A DNA stretch of 64,000 bases from Felis catus (Eukaryota). The notes beneath the pieces are model-generated. The model did no database searches and had not been told where the DNA came from. It was given only the letters and a program-made list of their open reading frames with translations. Location: NCBI RefSeq assembly GCF_018350175.1, contig NC_058369.1:2420001-2484000 (forward strand). The letters run 5' to 3'. Shown here piece after piece: positions 46,877 through 60,407 of this stretch (the stretch's first letter is position 1; the number at the start of each line of letters is the position of its first letter). The position numbers and the translations under genes were made by a program.

Positions 46877-48133
46877 GTGCGTGCACCCCGGCCTCGCCGG
46901 GCTCCCCGGAGCCCGGGCACCCGCCGCGCCGGCCTGGCCAGCTGCAGTGCAGCCCGCAGACCTCGCTTAGGCCACCCGACCCTTAGCCTTAGCCGAGCCG
47001 CAGAGGAGTCAGAGCCTGCGTACGGACCCCTGCGTGGCGCCCAGCTCTGTCCGTCCCGCGCCCCTGGAGCCCTCAGCGCGGCCTCCCCTGGCCCCTGGCA
47101 AGGGCAGCGGGCCCCAGAACCCGGGGCTCCGACCCTCAGGCCAAGCTCCCTCTGCTCCTGGACCCTCGGATTCCCAGCTGGGCCGGAGTCGCACTGCCGA
47201 GGCCCCCTTCCCGGGACACCACCCCGGTGCCCATCCTCACTGGGCCGTGTCCCGGTGCCCAGAGCTCCCGCTTTGGGGGCGGATTTGGAGGTGAGCCTCC
47301 TGGCTTGGTTTCTGCCAGGCGGAGCTCCTCGATGGGCAGTTCCAACCAGCCCTGACCCTGCCCGGCCCAGGTACCCCCACTGTTTTCTGCTCAGTGCCAG
47401 TATTGTCCCCTCGGGTCTCAGGAGCTCTGATCTCTAACCCAGACCTGGCCTCACGTCCAGGCCCATCTCTCCAGCCTCTCAGGGCCCAGCTCATGAGCCA
47501 GATTCCTTAGCCAAGGCCCCCGGCCCCCACTCCCTCCCATTTCAGTCCCCATGCCTGTGGGCTAGTGGGGTCCCTTAGACCCCGTGTCTTGTCCCTTCCT
47601 TCGGAGCACACACCCCACCCCTTCGCCCAGCCTCCTCACCCTGGTCCCCCACTTGCTCCCTCTGTCCAGGAATCCTGGATTGCCTCTGACCCTACTGGGT
47701 CCTCTGTCCCAGGCCTCCTGGCCCTGAACGAGCACAGCTCTTTGGTTCCCCCTCCTGCCCCTTCTCCTTCCTCTCAAGGTCCTGATCCCAGCCCCTAAGC
47801 CTCAATTCTAAATTCCCTCCTCTCTACTGGACTATAGCTGTATCTGGTGTTCCAGAACCTTCTGGCCTCTGGGTTTTTCTTCCAGCTTGGTGCCTTAGGC
47901 CCCTGCAAGTGCAAGTCTGATCTCTCCATAAAGAGCTTCTTCCCCCGTTCTGGTTGTCCTCGCCTCTGACCCAGTCTCCTGTTGGACTGGCTCCTCCTGC
48001 TAGAACATCTCAGTCCTAGCCTGAGCCCCATGGATCCCCAGCCAGGCCCTTGGGGAACCCCGGGCCCTGCAGACATGTCCAGACATCCTCTCAGATCCGT
48101 CCTTACCCCAAAGTTAGGCCATTTGTGTTTAGA

Positions 48134-48305
48134 ACAGTGGCTGTCAACCCAGGGGACGCTGGGTGATGACTTTGTGGTTGCCCCAAGTGGGGGTGCCCCT
48201 GGCATCCAGTGGGTGAGGCCAGGGATGCGACTCACCGCCCCTCAGTGCCCAGAGCGCACGCCCCCACCCCCAGAGAACGACCCTGCCCTGCATGTCTTCG
48301 GTGCC
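48134..48305. mobile_element. MER20-like hAT DNA transposon remnant
   Basis: cagtggctgtcaacc...tggcatccagtgggtgaggccagggatgc resembles MER20, from recall. Confidence 0.65.
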
Positions 48306-49464
48306 AGGGGGCTGACCTGAGTGGGTTGGGGTGATGATCTTGACCTGAGGCCCCAGGCTCTGGAGGGGTGGGACGGAAGGCCAGGAGCCCCTGATGCCCT
48401 GGGCATGTTTTCGTGGAATGTTACACGTTCGCGTGGGTGAAGGGCCTTTACCAGCGTTGTCCAGTGGAACTTTCTGTCTTGTGTGTCTTTGTTGTTTATC
48501 GTGGGGGCCACGAGCCACAGGTGGCCACTGGGCACTGGAGATGTGGTCCAGGCAAGGGAGGACGGGAGTTTGTAGTGTTGTGTCAGTTGTAATAAACCGA
48601 GTCAGCCAAGGGTGGCTGGCGGCTGCCGGAGGAACCTGTGCTCCAGAAGGCGCAGAGCCTGGAACCTGAGACACCCGGGTGCCGGGTGGATCTCCGTCCG
48701 CCTCTCTCTTCCTCTTTCCTCCCTTCCCTGGGTCCATCGCCCCTCCTCCTCCTGGGATTCCCTCCCATTCCTTCTCGTGGCTTGACATCTTCCCCCGTGT
48801 GGCGTCCGTAAAGACCTTGGGCTCTGGGGGGGTGCCCCCCGTCTCAGCCGAGAGCTTCTGGCGTGCAGCCCAAGGAGGCAGAGGCCCGGTGCGTGGGGGT
48901 CACACACCCTCTTGACCCCGTGCCCCTCACACCGGGCTGTGTCCACCCGGGGAGACGCTGGAGGGATTGTCGGTGCCGTTGTTCTGGTGGGACCGGAGGG
49001 AGCCCTGGCCCGCTGGCGGCCAGCGTGGTCTCTGAGCGCCGGCCTGCAGGTCATCGCCGGTTGCCGTCTCCCCAGTGTCTTCAGCACCCCCTCCGTGCCT
49101 GCGGGCTCCCCGCCTCCTGGTGCAAACCTCGCTCGAGTCTGCCTCCTTTCCCCACTTCCTGTTCTCTCCTCTTGAGAAATGCAGGCCGGCCGGCCGGCTG
49201 CTGGGAAGGAAAGGGGTGTGCTCTTTGTGCCCAAGTGCCAGCTGGGCTGAGGGTAATCCCGTCAGGTGCAAGGCCATGGGTGTGACCCCGCCACCGCCTC
49301 CTGGAAGACTGGCCCTCCCGAGGTGACAGGTCGCTTTAACAGCCCTTGTGTGTGCGCCTTGCTGCGCGTAGCGGCCTGCTCATACCTGCCTCACTTGATC
49401 CCCTAGGCTGAGGGGAGGCCCCGGGAGAGGTGGCGATGTGAGCACCCCTGTCAGGCCCCTCCAC

Positions 49465-49605
49465 CCCTCGTGGTAAATAAAGTTTTATTGGGACACAGCC
49501 GTGGCCGCTGGTTGGCGTGCAGAACTGAGTACTTGAGGCGGGGCTGGCGTGGCCCGCAAGGTGAGAGGCTTGGCCTCCTGGCCCTTGATAGAGCAGTCTG
49601 CGACC
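49465..49605. mobile_element. MER58-like remnant (related copies at ~15700-15830, ~35480-35920, ~55740-55890)
   Basis: Signature gtaaataaagttttattgg-acacagcc. Confidence 0.65.
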
Positions 49606-51244
49606 CCTGCTCGGGCCTGGTCCTGTCGAGAGAACTGGCGGCTTCCGTCCCACCCGGTCTTGGCACCCGCCGAGCCTGACCTCTTCCTGTCCAGGGTCCG
49701 TGGGGGGGGCAGCTGCACCAGCCACAGCTTTATGTCGGCAAAGAGGGTCTCTGCCCCTGGGGCCCTCGGGGTCCGGGGGGCGGTTGGGGGCCCGTGTCCA
49801 CCCGTCTCTGCTCTCCCCGCTTCCCTTCTGGGATCCTCCCCCTGTAGCTGATTTGAAGGACTCCGGGAGGCCGAGTGTGGGGCACGGGGGAGGGGCCTTC
49901 CCGGACTCCCAGCGCTTCGAGGACGTCCTGAAGGTCTTGCTGCCCTCGCCCTGCCCGGCCCTCCTGGGGCTCCCACGGCCAGTCTGAGTCAGGGAAAAGG
50001 CCCCTGGAGGGAGCACCCCACCCCCGGCCCTGGGGACGTGGGTCACCTTCGTGCCTTGGTCACAGGCCCCCTGCTCCCAAGATGGCCTTCCCTTTCCCAC
50101 CTGGGACGCTGTCCCCTTTCCCCTGACCAGCCCCTTCCCTGGTCTGCCTGCCTTCTCCGGAGGCCGAGTTCCTGGAAAGCAGAGGTGGGGGCCGGGGGGC
50201 TGGCTCTGAGCTTGAGGCGTTCGTAGCCGAGCGTCCGTGTGGACACCTGCCCCCGCGGCTCTGACCTTCGGATGGCAAGGCCGGGCTCCCCGTCATGACT
50301 TTGAGCATCCACTGTCCGGGTCTGGGATGGGAGGCCCCGGGGCCACATCCAGCCTACCCCCCACCCCCGCCCCGCCCCGCATGTAACATGGTTGCTTGTT
50401 TTGGGCAGCCCGGGTTGGTCTGCAGCTCTTGAGGCGTTTTCCAATCGTTGCTTCTGTTTGCTGTTTGAGCGATTTGATGTAAAAATTGGGATTTTTTCTG
50501 GAGAGCTGCCTAAGTCCCCCTTCCCACCGTGCTTGGGAGGCAAACGGCCCCTGAGGGCCTGCCATGCACCACGCATGGGGACAGTGCCGCCGTGGGAAGT
50601 TACGTAGATGTTAGCGCTTGTCCACGTGCAGGCATTTAGCGTCCGTGTGGCTTCTGGCCGGTTTTCTCCAGTGCGGCCCTCTCAGGGCTCAGGGCTCAGG
50701 TGCCTGTGTCTGGGGGAGACCCCTGTTGACCCCAGAAAAGCTCTCCACCATCCTGGTTCCAACCCACCTCTTCTTGGATGGAGGGTGGGGCGGGGGGGAT
50801 TTCAGTTGCCTGGAAGCTCCGTCTCTAGCTCTCTCCCTGATTTTCTGGAACTTTCTTCAGCTCTCAGAAGAGAGTGAGAGATGGCCCTGGGCTGTAGAGC
50901 GGAGGCTCCGATCTGGGGCAGTCCGGCCCCGCAGGGACTCTGGGCCGTGTCTGGGGACACCTGAGCCCCTGGCGCTGAGTGGGTGTGTCCAGGAATGCTG
51001 CTCCATCCCCCACGGCACCCAGGGAGGAGGGCCTTAGCTCTTAAGTGGTCCTTAGGGGCCCTGTGACGCACCGGGGTTTGAGTGGGTGCCGCGCCTGTGG
51101 GCGGTGAGGCGCAGGCCTTGGCGGACGTGCCTGTGGCCGCTGTGGGACACGTAGGGGGTGAGACCGTGGGGGTCCTCGAGTCCGTGGCTTCCAGGTGGGG
51201 GTCCCGGTGCCCCACTGAGGGAGGCCCTGCCCGCCCTCCTGCAG

Positions 51245-51435
51245 GCACTCGGAACGCAGTGCTCAACACAGAGGCCCGCACCATCGACGCGGACGTGCTG
51301 AGTCGCCGCTGCGTGCTCATGCGGCTGCTGGACTTCTCCTACGAGCAGTACCAGAAGGCCCTGAGGCAGTCGGCCGGCGCCGTGGTCATCATCCTGCCGC
51401 GAGCCATGGCCGCCGTGCCCCAGGACGTCATCCGG
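51245..51435 (+). CDS. NCLN: NCLN coding exon 2
   Basis: GTRNAVLNTEARTIDADVLSRRCVLMRLLDFSYEQYQKALRQSAGAVVIILPRAMAAVPQDVIR; 191 nt. Confidence 0.96.
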
Positions 51436-52314
51436 GTGAGTGCCCCCCTCGCCTTCCACACAGGCTTGGGTCCAGAAACTTCCGCAGGAAAAAGATCACT
51501 GGGTTCGGAGAGAGCTGTGTGACCTTGGGCCAGGTGTCTGCCCCTGCCGTGCCCTCCGCCCTTCAGAGAGTGGGCTGCCGCCTGTTTGCCTCTTCGTCGT
51601 GGCCCCTGCCACCCCAGGGTGATCCTGTCCTTAAGGGGACACACCTGTGATTGGGGAGCCCCTGGCATCCGGGGGGTGGGCTGGGGATGCTGCTCCCACC
51701 CCGACAGTGCCGAGGCGGCGACCTGCTTTGAATTAACGGGGTCTCACAGGCCCCCGTGAAACTCCACGGATGAAGAGGCTTTTGCGGATGAGATGCGGGG
51801 GTGGGGCTGTGGAGGGGGCTCAGCCTTACCGAAGCCTAGCTCGGGGGTGGGCGGGGGCTGCAGATCGGCAGAGTCTCGGCCTCCGGCCCCAGGACCGTGG
51901 CACGGCCGGTGCGCCTCGTGTGCGGGCACCTTGTGCTCACTGTGTGCGGGTCCCTGCCGTCAGCCTAGGGTGCCGACATCTGAGGATGTGATGGTCGTTG
52001 GGGCTGGGGCCGGCCCAGTGACGCCAGGTCTGACCCCAGACCTGGCCGGCTCCCTCTCTGTCCTCCCAGCCTACTTTCTCCCCGGCGGGTACCGCCTGGG
52101 CGCCCCATGGCGTTGCCACCCTCTCTCAGCCCTCCGTCCTTGTCCCGTCTGTGCCCACCTCCCATCCCATCCTGTCCTCTCCGGTGTGATCCTCGCCTTA
52201 TCAGCCAGCCTCATGGGAGGCTGCCTGTGCTCCCGGGACGGCCACTGACCCCTGCCCCTGCCCCCCGCCCCCCCTGCAGGCCAGAAGCCCCCTAAACAAG
52301 CCTCTCCTCCACAG

Positions 52315-52459
52315 CAATTCATGGAGACCGAGCCTGAGATGCTGGCCATGGAGACCGTGGTCCCTGTGTACTTTGCCGTGGAGGACGAGGCCCTGCTGTC
52401 TATCTACGAGCAGACGCAGGCCGCGTCCGCCGCCCAGGGCTCCGCCTCCGCTGCCGAAG
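52315..52459 (+). CDS. NCLN: NCLN coding exon 3
   Basis: QFMETEPEMLAMETVVPVYFAVEDEALLSIYEQTQAASAAQGSASAAE; 145 nt. Confidence 0.96.
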
Positions 52460-53165
52460 GTAGGCTTGGGCTGCAGGACGGGGCTGACGTGTGGGGTCCT
52501 GGCCTGTTGAGGGGCCGCGTCTCACAGCGAGCGCACGGCCCTGCACGCACCGGCTGTGCCACAGACCTGGGGCTGGAGGCCAAGACCCTGCCGTTCCGTT
52601 CCCTGCCCCCCCCCCCCCCCCCGCCCCTGGTTCCTGTGCAAACAGAAGCCGGAGAACCACTGACTCGGGGAGGCGTTTCCCGTGTTCAGCCTCTGATGGC
52701 TTCTGGGAAACACAGACACCTGTTCCACCTGCCGAGGATTCTGTCCGTGCCACCATATCATGCTGGAGTCTGTCGGGAAGGGGTGGCAGCGTCCTTGGGG
52801 AGGGAGGAAACGCGTCCTTCTGTTCCGTGGATCAGGGGCGTCCACGAGCTTGGAGCGGGGCAGGTGGCCGTCGAGAGAGAGCTAGCAGAAGCAGTCAGAG
52901 ACGCCGGGGAGGGGACCTGCCTGATACTCCCTTCTCACGCGTGCGAGTGGTGGGTGTGACCGGTGCCAGGGCACGAGTGTCTTCCCTGCCAGGCTCTTTG
53001 CCCTGCCCAGTCCTCACGCCGCGCCCCGGTTCACGGGGGCGGTCCCGTGTCCAGCTGGCCTTAGACCGAACCCCTGCCGTCTGGGGTGTTGGGGCGACAA
53101 GGATGCCGCCTCTGGTTCGGGAGCCCCCCAGGGGCTTGGGCTGACGCTCCCCAACCTGTCCTCAG

Positions 53166-53260
53166 TGCTGCTCCACACCGCCACTGCCAACGGCTTCCAG
53201 ATGGTCACCAGCGGGGTCCAGAGCAAGGCCGTGAGTGACTGGCTCATCACCAGTGTGGAG
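53166..53260 (+). CDS. NCLN: NCLN coding exon 4
   Basis: VLLHTATANGFQMVTSGVQSKAVSDWLITSVE; 95 nt. Confidence 0.96.
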
Positions 53261-55919
53261 GTGAGTATCTGGCCCTGCCTGCCACACTAAGACCTGGGGA
53301 GGGGGGCATCCTGGCTGTCTGAGCTCAGCCCCACCTGTTCCCCACGGAGGGAGCCTCTGATAGGGAAATCGGGTCAGATCTCCCCACCAGCCCATCTCCT
53401 GCCTTCCATTGCCAGCCCCAGCCATTCATCAAGTCTCTTCATCCTGCCTCAGGACCTTTGCACTGGCTGTCCCTGCCTCGCAGAGAGCTCCCCTTCCCGC
53501 TGCGGCCTTTTCTTTTCATATCATGCTACCTCCAAGGCTGCATCCTCAGAACTTTCTGGGGACACACACCCCCTGTTGTCCACAGCTCAGCCGAGCTGGG
53601 AGAGAGCTGAGCTCTGGGTGTTGAAGTAGGCAATTAAAGCGGCAGGCCAAACCTGAAAGAGTTCAGCCCGTCATCACCTCCTGTGGGGGTGGAAGCAAGC
53701 GTGTAGGCCGGAGGAAACCCTGACTCGGCTGCTCTGTTCTCCCCCGTGTCAAGGGTCAGCTCTGTCGGCAGCTGTGGGGGGCCTGGACGGAAAGCTCCGG
53801 CAGTTGTGTGGACCCAGGGTGGGGAGGGGGCGAGGGGGAGGGCTGGCAGCGGAAAAGCACAAAGTGGGGACTGTCTTCTTTTCATGGTGTCATCGTGTCC
53901 GTCGTGTCCCCCACCCCAGTGAGGAGGTCTCCCTGGAGACCGCCTGGGGGACCCTCACAGAGGCCCCAGAAACAAAGGCACAGGGCAAGTGCACGGCCAG
54001 GGGCTGAGTGTCCGATGGCAGCCCGTCGGCCTGAGAAACCACATACAGTTTCAACCCGGAGCCGGAGTCGTCCCGTGGCGGGCCTGACCCAGGCCTGGCT
54101 TTACCTCGTGTCCAGGGATCGTCCCATCTGACACGCTCGGAGCCTGCGTGTCACTCTTTTCTCTCCTACCGGCCCCAGCGCCGGAGGAGCTGAGACCGTG
54201 TCATCTCGGCCTGTGTGGTGTCCTGGGAGCCTGACCAGGCGCCTGTGCACAGCAGGCCCTCAGCGAGCACTTGAGCTGAGGTGCTGGTCGCCCCGGCCTC
54301 TGTTTGGGCCAGGCGGGCCTGAGTCCCCAGTGGCTGGCTCACACCAGACGGCGCTGGGCTACTCGGCCAGCCCCTGGTGCCGGCGTGCGGGCTCCGTGCG
54401 AGTTGGGGTGCGGCTAGCCCTCCCCTCTCCAGAACTAAGCGAGTCCGCCTCGGGAGTTTAAGCTTTCTCCGTGAGCACTCTGAGCCCTGCTGTGTGCGGG
54501 AGGCAGCAGTGGGCGGGATGCCCTTCCTTCCTGGAAGAACTCCCCTGCAGTCGGGGGAGGTCCGAGGGTGACAGGCGGGCACTTCGGCCCAGCGGGAGAC
54601 GGGCTCTGCCGGGGCAGTCACGCCTGCAAACAATGGCTCATCCCAGTCCGCGCAGGGACCCTCGGGGACGCCAGACTGGCAGGTCTACAGCGGTGAGGGG
54701 AGTCGGGGCCCCGGGCGGGGTGGGCCGCCCGCAGGGACCGGGTGCAGGGGGCTGGGCAGGGTGGCCGGTGGGGCTGGGCAGGCCGATGCAGGACGTGGGG
54801 ACGGCGCTGCCCCGTCGAAGCAGTGGATGAAATTAGAAGAGGAATAGCGCCAAAACCGTGTGACGCATCGCGGCAGGGCCCTTGCCATCGGGCTCCCGGA
54901 GGTGGGGCCGAGCAGCAGCCGGTCCGGGTACCAGGGGGTTAATAGCAGCGGGGCCGCCCGGGGTCTGGTGGGTTCTTGCCTTTCAGGAGTCTCTTTCAGC
55001 CTGCCAGCCTGGCCGTCCTGGCCCGTGGTTCTAGAAACCTCTGCAGTGCCCTGAGCCCTCTGCCATCCCTGTTATCTGGGTCGGAGCGGGGGGCATGGAG
55101 GAAGCGGGGGCGCTCGGCTGCCCCCCTACTCTCCCTGGCCTCCGTTGGCTCACGCAGCCGGTGCTGGGATCAGCCTGTCTTGAGAGGCCCGAGCCCGTGC
55201 GGTCGGCAGTGTGCCCGTGGTCTCGGGCGGGGACCCACACCCGAGCTGTGGTCCCGGCTCTCGGCCGGCTCCCCGTGGACGGCAGCCAGGAGGGCTCGCC
55301 AGCGGCCGCTTCCCATCTGACGTGGCTAAGGCCCTCGCAGAGCTCGCCCTCTAGCTGGCAGGATCAGAAAAACGGCCTCAGCCGTGTGCTGGCAGAGACC
55401 CTGGGCCACCCCGTCCGACCTCTCTGCACCCCGGGACTAGCCTTGGACGGGAGGAGTGGAGGCGGAGGCCTTTGCTGACAAGAGGTGGTTCTGCGTTGTC
55501 ACCCCCGTGACTTCAGCGAGGGCCAGTCCACACGTGCTGGGTCTCCAGCTGGGGCGCCGGGACCTGGACCCCGGACCCCGATGGGCTCCTGTGGCCGCGT
55601 TCTGAACTGGCTGCCTCTCATCAGCAGAGCTCTGCTCCCGCCCTGACGGTGGCTCGGGGCTCAGCCTTCGAAAGATGGGTCGGGTCTCCAGTCGGGGAAG
55701 CACGACAGAGCAGTGGTCGGCGTGCCACGGCCCTCGTGACTTCTTGTGTAAATAAAGTTTTATTGGCGCCCGGCCACAGCCATTGGTTCACGTATTGTCC
55801 GTGACGGAGCCGGCAGGGCTCGAGAGACTGCCCCACCCCACGGGGCAGCCGGAACTGTTTCTGGCCGTTGGGCCCCCCCCTGCCAGCATGCCCTTCACAG
55901 ACTGTCTCTCTCTCTGCAG

Positions 55920-56000
55920 GGGCGGCTGACCGGGCTGGGTGGAGAAGACCTTCCCACCATCGTCATCGTGGCCCATTACGATGCCTTCGGAGTGGCCCCT
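55920..56000 (+). CDS. NCLN: NCLN coding exon 5
   Basis: GRLTGLGGEDLPTIVIVAHYDAFGVAP (M28 peptidase-like AHYD); 81 nt. Confidence 0.96.
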
Positions 56001-57883
56001 GTACGTATGCGGGCACTTTGGGGAGGGACCCGGGCATCCCCACCCCCAGCCCTGCTCCAGCCTAGCTCAGAGGTGGAGCGTTTCTGTGCAGTGTGGCTGG
56101 GGTCACAGCAGCGGCACCCGCCCTCTGAGGCCCAGGAGGATCCCTGGCACGGGTGGCATCGTGGAGCAGACACGGGCTAATCTGAGGCAGGTCTTGCGGC
56201 CAGGGTCCCGCAAGAGATGGGTGGCCGGAAATCGAGCCCAGGGTGTCTGTGCCAGGGTCCTCAGGACCCCTGCCAGGAGCAGGGATGTGTGCAAAGATCC
56301 CCAGGGGTGGGGGTGTGCTGGGAGGACCCCAAGGCCGTGGTTTTTATAAGGGATGAGAAGCAAATAATATCAGGGCATAGGCACGGGGTGGGGGACAGCA
56401 CAGGGACACCAGGCTAAGCTTCCAGAATCGTCTCCTGGGGTATCCCCTAGGACGAGCTTGATCCCCCCCCCCCCAAAACGACACGTGACCACACGTGAGG
56501 TGTGGTCTCCAGGGGGCGTAGAGACCCAGCGCCCAGGTTCTCACCGGGGGTCGGTCAGCAGGCCCCTCTGCCGGGCTCGGGCGGAGACCCCAGACCCCAG
56601 GAGGGGAGCGGGTCCTCGGCGCAAACCTCGTGTCTGCACAGACAGCTCCGGGACACGAGCCCCCGGCAGGTGAGGCTGGTGGGAGCCCCCTGGTCCAGTT
56701 TCAGACACCGCTGAGGGCCAGCCTCGCCAGCAGTCCTCTGAGGAGGGAAGTGTCGGGCCTGCTGAGTTCTGCTGCCCTGCAGGCCTCCCCCACCCCCTCA
56801 CCCCCTGCTGAGCTGTCTGAGCCCCCTGCACAGTGAGGTCACGGTCACTGCTCACTCTCACCGGCTTGTAAACAGTGCCTGTGGCTTCATCAGGAAAGTC
56901 TTGCCTTGAAAGAAAAACTGTCCAAACCGAAGAGGTTGCCAGTGGCAGCCCGGCGTGAGGTCCTGGCCGTGTGACCATGGCAATGGTGAGCAGCCGTTCC
57001 AAGGGCCACCCCACCTGGGAGGCCAGCGGTCCCGGATGCCTGGACCCACCGGGGCCCAGAGGCAAGGCCTGAGCTGTCCCCTCAGGATGCTCAGCCTCCT
57101 CGTCATTTTCCCTCCCGCCTCATCTGCAGCCTTTTAGATTATTTTGTTTTTAATCCCCCGCCCCCTGCCGTGAAGTCTGCCTGCCTGCCTTCCGTGAGAT
57201 GTAATTCATTTAAAAATTGTTCTTTTAAAGCAAATGTTTTAGTACAGAGTAGGACACTCAGAGCTGTGAAACCATCACCGTCTACTTCCAGAACATTCTG
57301 TCACCCCAAAAGTAGCCCCATCCCCATCAGCGGTCACTCCCCGTCGCTCCCCAGATCCCACGAGCCCCCTTCCTGTCTGTGGATGAGCCTGTTCTAGACG
57401 TTTCACACACGTGGACTCACACGCCATGTGGCCTCTGGTATCTGGTTCCTTCCCTGAGCGTCATGTTACCTTTTTCCCTGAATTTTAACGTATCAATATG
57501 TGATATGTTGGCTACAGACTGTAACCTGGGGGGTCCCCGAGCCCTATTATAGAATTCGATTTTTTTTCTTATTACCATGTTGTTGGGAGTGTTCCTTCAG
57601 ATTACAGAATGCGGATGAGTCGGGGGCTTTCACAGCTTGGCGGGGGGGGGGGGGGCGCCTGCACCGCCCTCCTGCCCCCCAGTAGCACAGGGTGGGGGGG
57701 CAGGAAGGGGGGCTGCGTTCCTGGGGCAGGTGCTCGGACCAGGCCGCCCCCGTGGGGCAGAGTCTTGGCGAGCAGGGCTGGAGCCGGGGAGCGAGGCGTG
57801 GCCCAGAGGCAGGGTGCCGGGCTCCGGCTGCCAGGGCAGGGGTGGCGAAGTGACCTCCGGCCTCGTGTCCCTCCTGCCCGCAG

Positions 57884-57987
57884 TGGCTGTCACACGGTGC
57901 GGACTCGAACGGGAGCGGCATCTCTGTGCTGCTGGAGCTCGCCCGCCTCTTCTCCAGGCTCTACACCTACAAGCGCACCCACGCCGC
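57884..57987 (+). CDS. NCLN: NCLN coding exon 6
   Basis: WLSHGADSNGSGISVLLELARLFSRLYTYKRTHAA; 104 nt. Confidence 0.96.
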
Positions 57988-58333
57988 GTACGTGACAGCT
58001 GGGCGGGGGGGGGGGGGGGAGGGGGGCCGCGCACGCCCCCAGGAGTAACTGCACCGAGGTCCCCCGGGCGCCGGGCCTGGAGCTGAGCCCCACCCGGGTC
58101 CTGCACCCCAGGGACACCGGGTCCCGTCTGGGGCCGTCTGGCACTGAGTGGGTGGGTCCGGGGATGCTGCTCGCCCCCCACGGAGCCCGGGTCGCCCCAC
58201 AGAGCGTCCACGGTGCTGGGACAGGGACACCCTGCTCTGAGGGGCCAGGGCTCAGTGCCTGTGGGAGACCAGCTCCTCCTCGGGGGCCCGGTCTCACCTC
58301 CACAGCCGACACCCGCTCTCCCCATGCTGCCAG

Positions 58334-58422
58334 GTACAACCTCCTGTTCTTTGCTTCTGGAGGGGGCAAGTTCAACTACCAGGGAACGAAGCGCTGGCTG
58401 GAAGATAACCTGGACCACACGG
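58334..58422 (+). CDS. NCLN: NCLN coding exon 7
   Basis: YNLLFFASGGGKFNYQGTKRWLEDNLDHT; 89 nt. Confidence 0.96.
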
Positions 58423-58505
58423 GTGAGCGGCCCCGGGGGGCTGGGGCCGGGGCCACAGAGGGCCCCCCTTTCTTGCCCCCCCCAACCGCTCTTGCTGCCA
58501 CGCAG

Positions 58506-58645
58506 ACTCCAGCCTGCTCCAGGACAACGTGGCCTTCGTCCTGTGCCTGGACACCGTGGGCCGCGGGGACAGCCTGCACCTGCACGTGTCCAAGCCGCCC
58601 AGGGAGGGGACGCTGCAGCACGCCTTCCTGCGGGAGCTGGAGACG
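58506..58645 (+). CDS. NCLN: NCLN coding exon 8
   Basis: DSSLLQDNVAFVLCLDTVGRGDSLHLHVSKPPREGTLQHAFLRELET; 140 nt. Confidence 0.96.
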
Positions 58646-58904
58646 GTAGGTGCCAGAGCGCGTGCCAGCTGCTGCCCGGGATCTCTGGCCCCGCGCGCGC
58701 GCGTTGCCTCGCGGTCGCGTCCAGCAGGCTGGTGATCAGGCGCTTGGTACGTGCTGGCGCCCGAGGACTAGGGACTCGGGAACCCTCTTGGCCCCCAAGG
58801 CCCTGCGTGAACGTCGGTGGTCTGAGCTGGCGCGGGCCCCCCTCGCGGAGACGGGCGGCATCCGGGGCGGGGGTGTCGCCCTGATGGGCCCCGCCCCCGC
58901 ACAG

Positions 58905-59083
58905 GTGGCCACCCACCAGTTCCCGGAGGTGCGGTTCTCGATGGTGCACAAGAAAATCAACCTGGCGGAGGACATCCTGGCCTGGGAGCACGAGCGCTTT
59001 GCCATCCGCCGGCTGCCTGCCTTCACCCTGTCCCATCTGGAGAGCCACCGCGACGGCCAGCGCAGCAGCATCATGGATGTGAG
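58905..59083 (+). CDS. NCLN: NCLN coding exon 9
   Basis: [60 protein letters not shown]; 179 nt. Confidence 0.96.
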
Positions 59084-60407
59084 GTGAGTGTGGGCGCGGC
59101 TGCGAAGCCTCCCCTCCGTCCATGCCCGGTTGTGAGCGATCTTTGAGGGGCGACAGTGTAGGTGCAGGTGCCCGGATGGAGGGAGTGAACCCAAAACGTG
59201 GGTGGTCGGGAAGGGGCCAGCGTTGGCTGAGGACCCCAGGAACAGTGGGGGGCCGGGGGCCTGGGGTCGGATTACTGAGTGTCCCTCATTAGCGATGGGG
59301 AGGCTGCATGAGTGGTTTGGGGTCCCCTGGCCCCCACATGTGATGTCCAGACCCCACGCGTGACTTTCAGACGCCGGGCACCTCTGTGTACCCTGCTTCC
59401 CACATGCTGCAGCATCTGTCCCTGGGCCTTTGCACGGCCGTGCTGAGGCCTGGCGAGTGGTGCCCTGTCTCGTGTCTCCTTGGGGAGCCCTCCCCACCCC
59501 TTTCTTCCTCACCATCTGTCTTCAAGACCCTGTGCACCTCTGGCTTCTGCCATTTTATGACTTCACTTCTCGTTCGTGGCTCCCTGTGGCCTGTCGGCCC
59601 TCAGTGGGGCCAGGGTTTTATGGTGGCCTTGGGGCTGGGCCCAGCCCTGTTGCTGAACATGTCTGCTGGGGGATGAGAAGCTGGTCCTCGAGGAGGCTCT
59701 GCCAGGCAGTGGGTGAGGCCTAGAGAGAGAGCAGGTGTGGGCAGGGTGTTGACTGTTCCTGGGGCATCAGGGAGGCTTCCTGGAGGAGGCGGTGCTACAG
59801 TCGGGCGTCTGGAGAAGGGCGTTAGGGGCCGAGAGAGCGGGAGGGAAGGGGCTGGGCCCTGGCTAATCCCTCCGCCTTCCCGGGGGGCCCGGCGCTGCAC
59901 ACACTCGGCTGGGTGGTGTTTTGCACCAGAGATCCTTTTCCGGGTCTGTGTGTTGCCTGCGCGGCCTCAGGAGGGTGTCTCTGGGTGTCTGTGCGATTTC
60001 CCCCCTTCGTGTAAGGACCCAGGGCTCATCCCCTCCAGCGCGACCTCGCCTTCACTGGTCACGTCCGTGGAGGCCCCGCTTCTCAGGCAGGGCCTGTCCC
60101 CAGGCTCTGGGTGGGCGTGAATGTGGGGACATGTTCACCCGGCCCAGGACATCGCATCAGTGATGTCCGCCACAACCGCGGGGGCGGGTCCCCCCTGAAC
60201 ACCCCCGCGTTCCCGATGAGGAAACTGAGGCCCAGAGCCGCTCACCATTCCAGGCAGATGCTGGGGAGGCGCCCGCCCTGCCCGAGGTGGCGTCTGTGGC
60301 TTTTTTTGTTTGTATCATCGTCGGAAATACGACCACTGTTTTTCTGGCGGTTTTAACTGAGGCTGATTCCAGACACATCCGTGCGCTTTCTTCACACCTG
60401 CCCTAAG

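Larger units (their letters stand above)
45880..47120 (+). promoter_or_regulatory. NCLN CpG-island promoter with several ACTACAnnTCCC (ZNF143/THAP11-type) motifs
   Basis: Motifs at 45887, 46125, 46162, 46465 and a degenerate one at ~46428; ETS cores at 46221-46240; TGACGTGA at 46356; CCAAT at 46382. Confidence 0.8.

Noticed and set aside
49475..49490. AATAAA in NCLN introns (~49476, ~55751)
   Set aside because: Part of the MER58-like signature; no other support for use as poly(A) sites.
57285..57299. HSE-like ttccagaacattc
   Set aside because: Lies in an L1 3' remnant where this string appears to be a common consensus feature.
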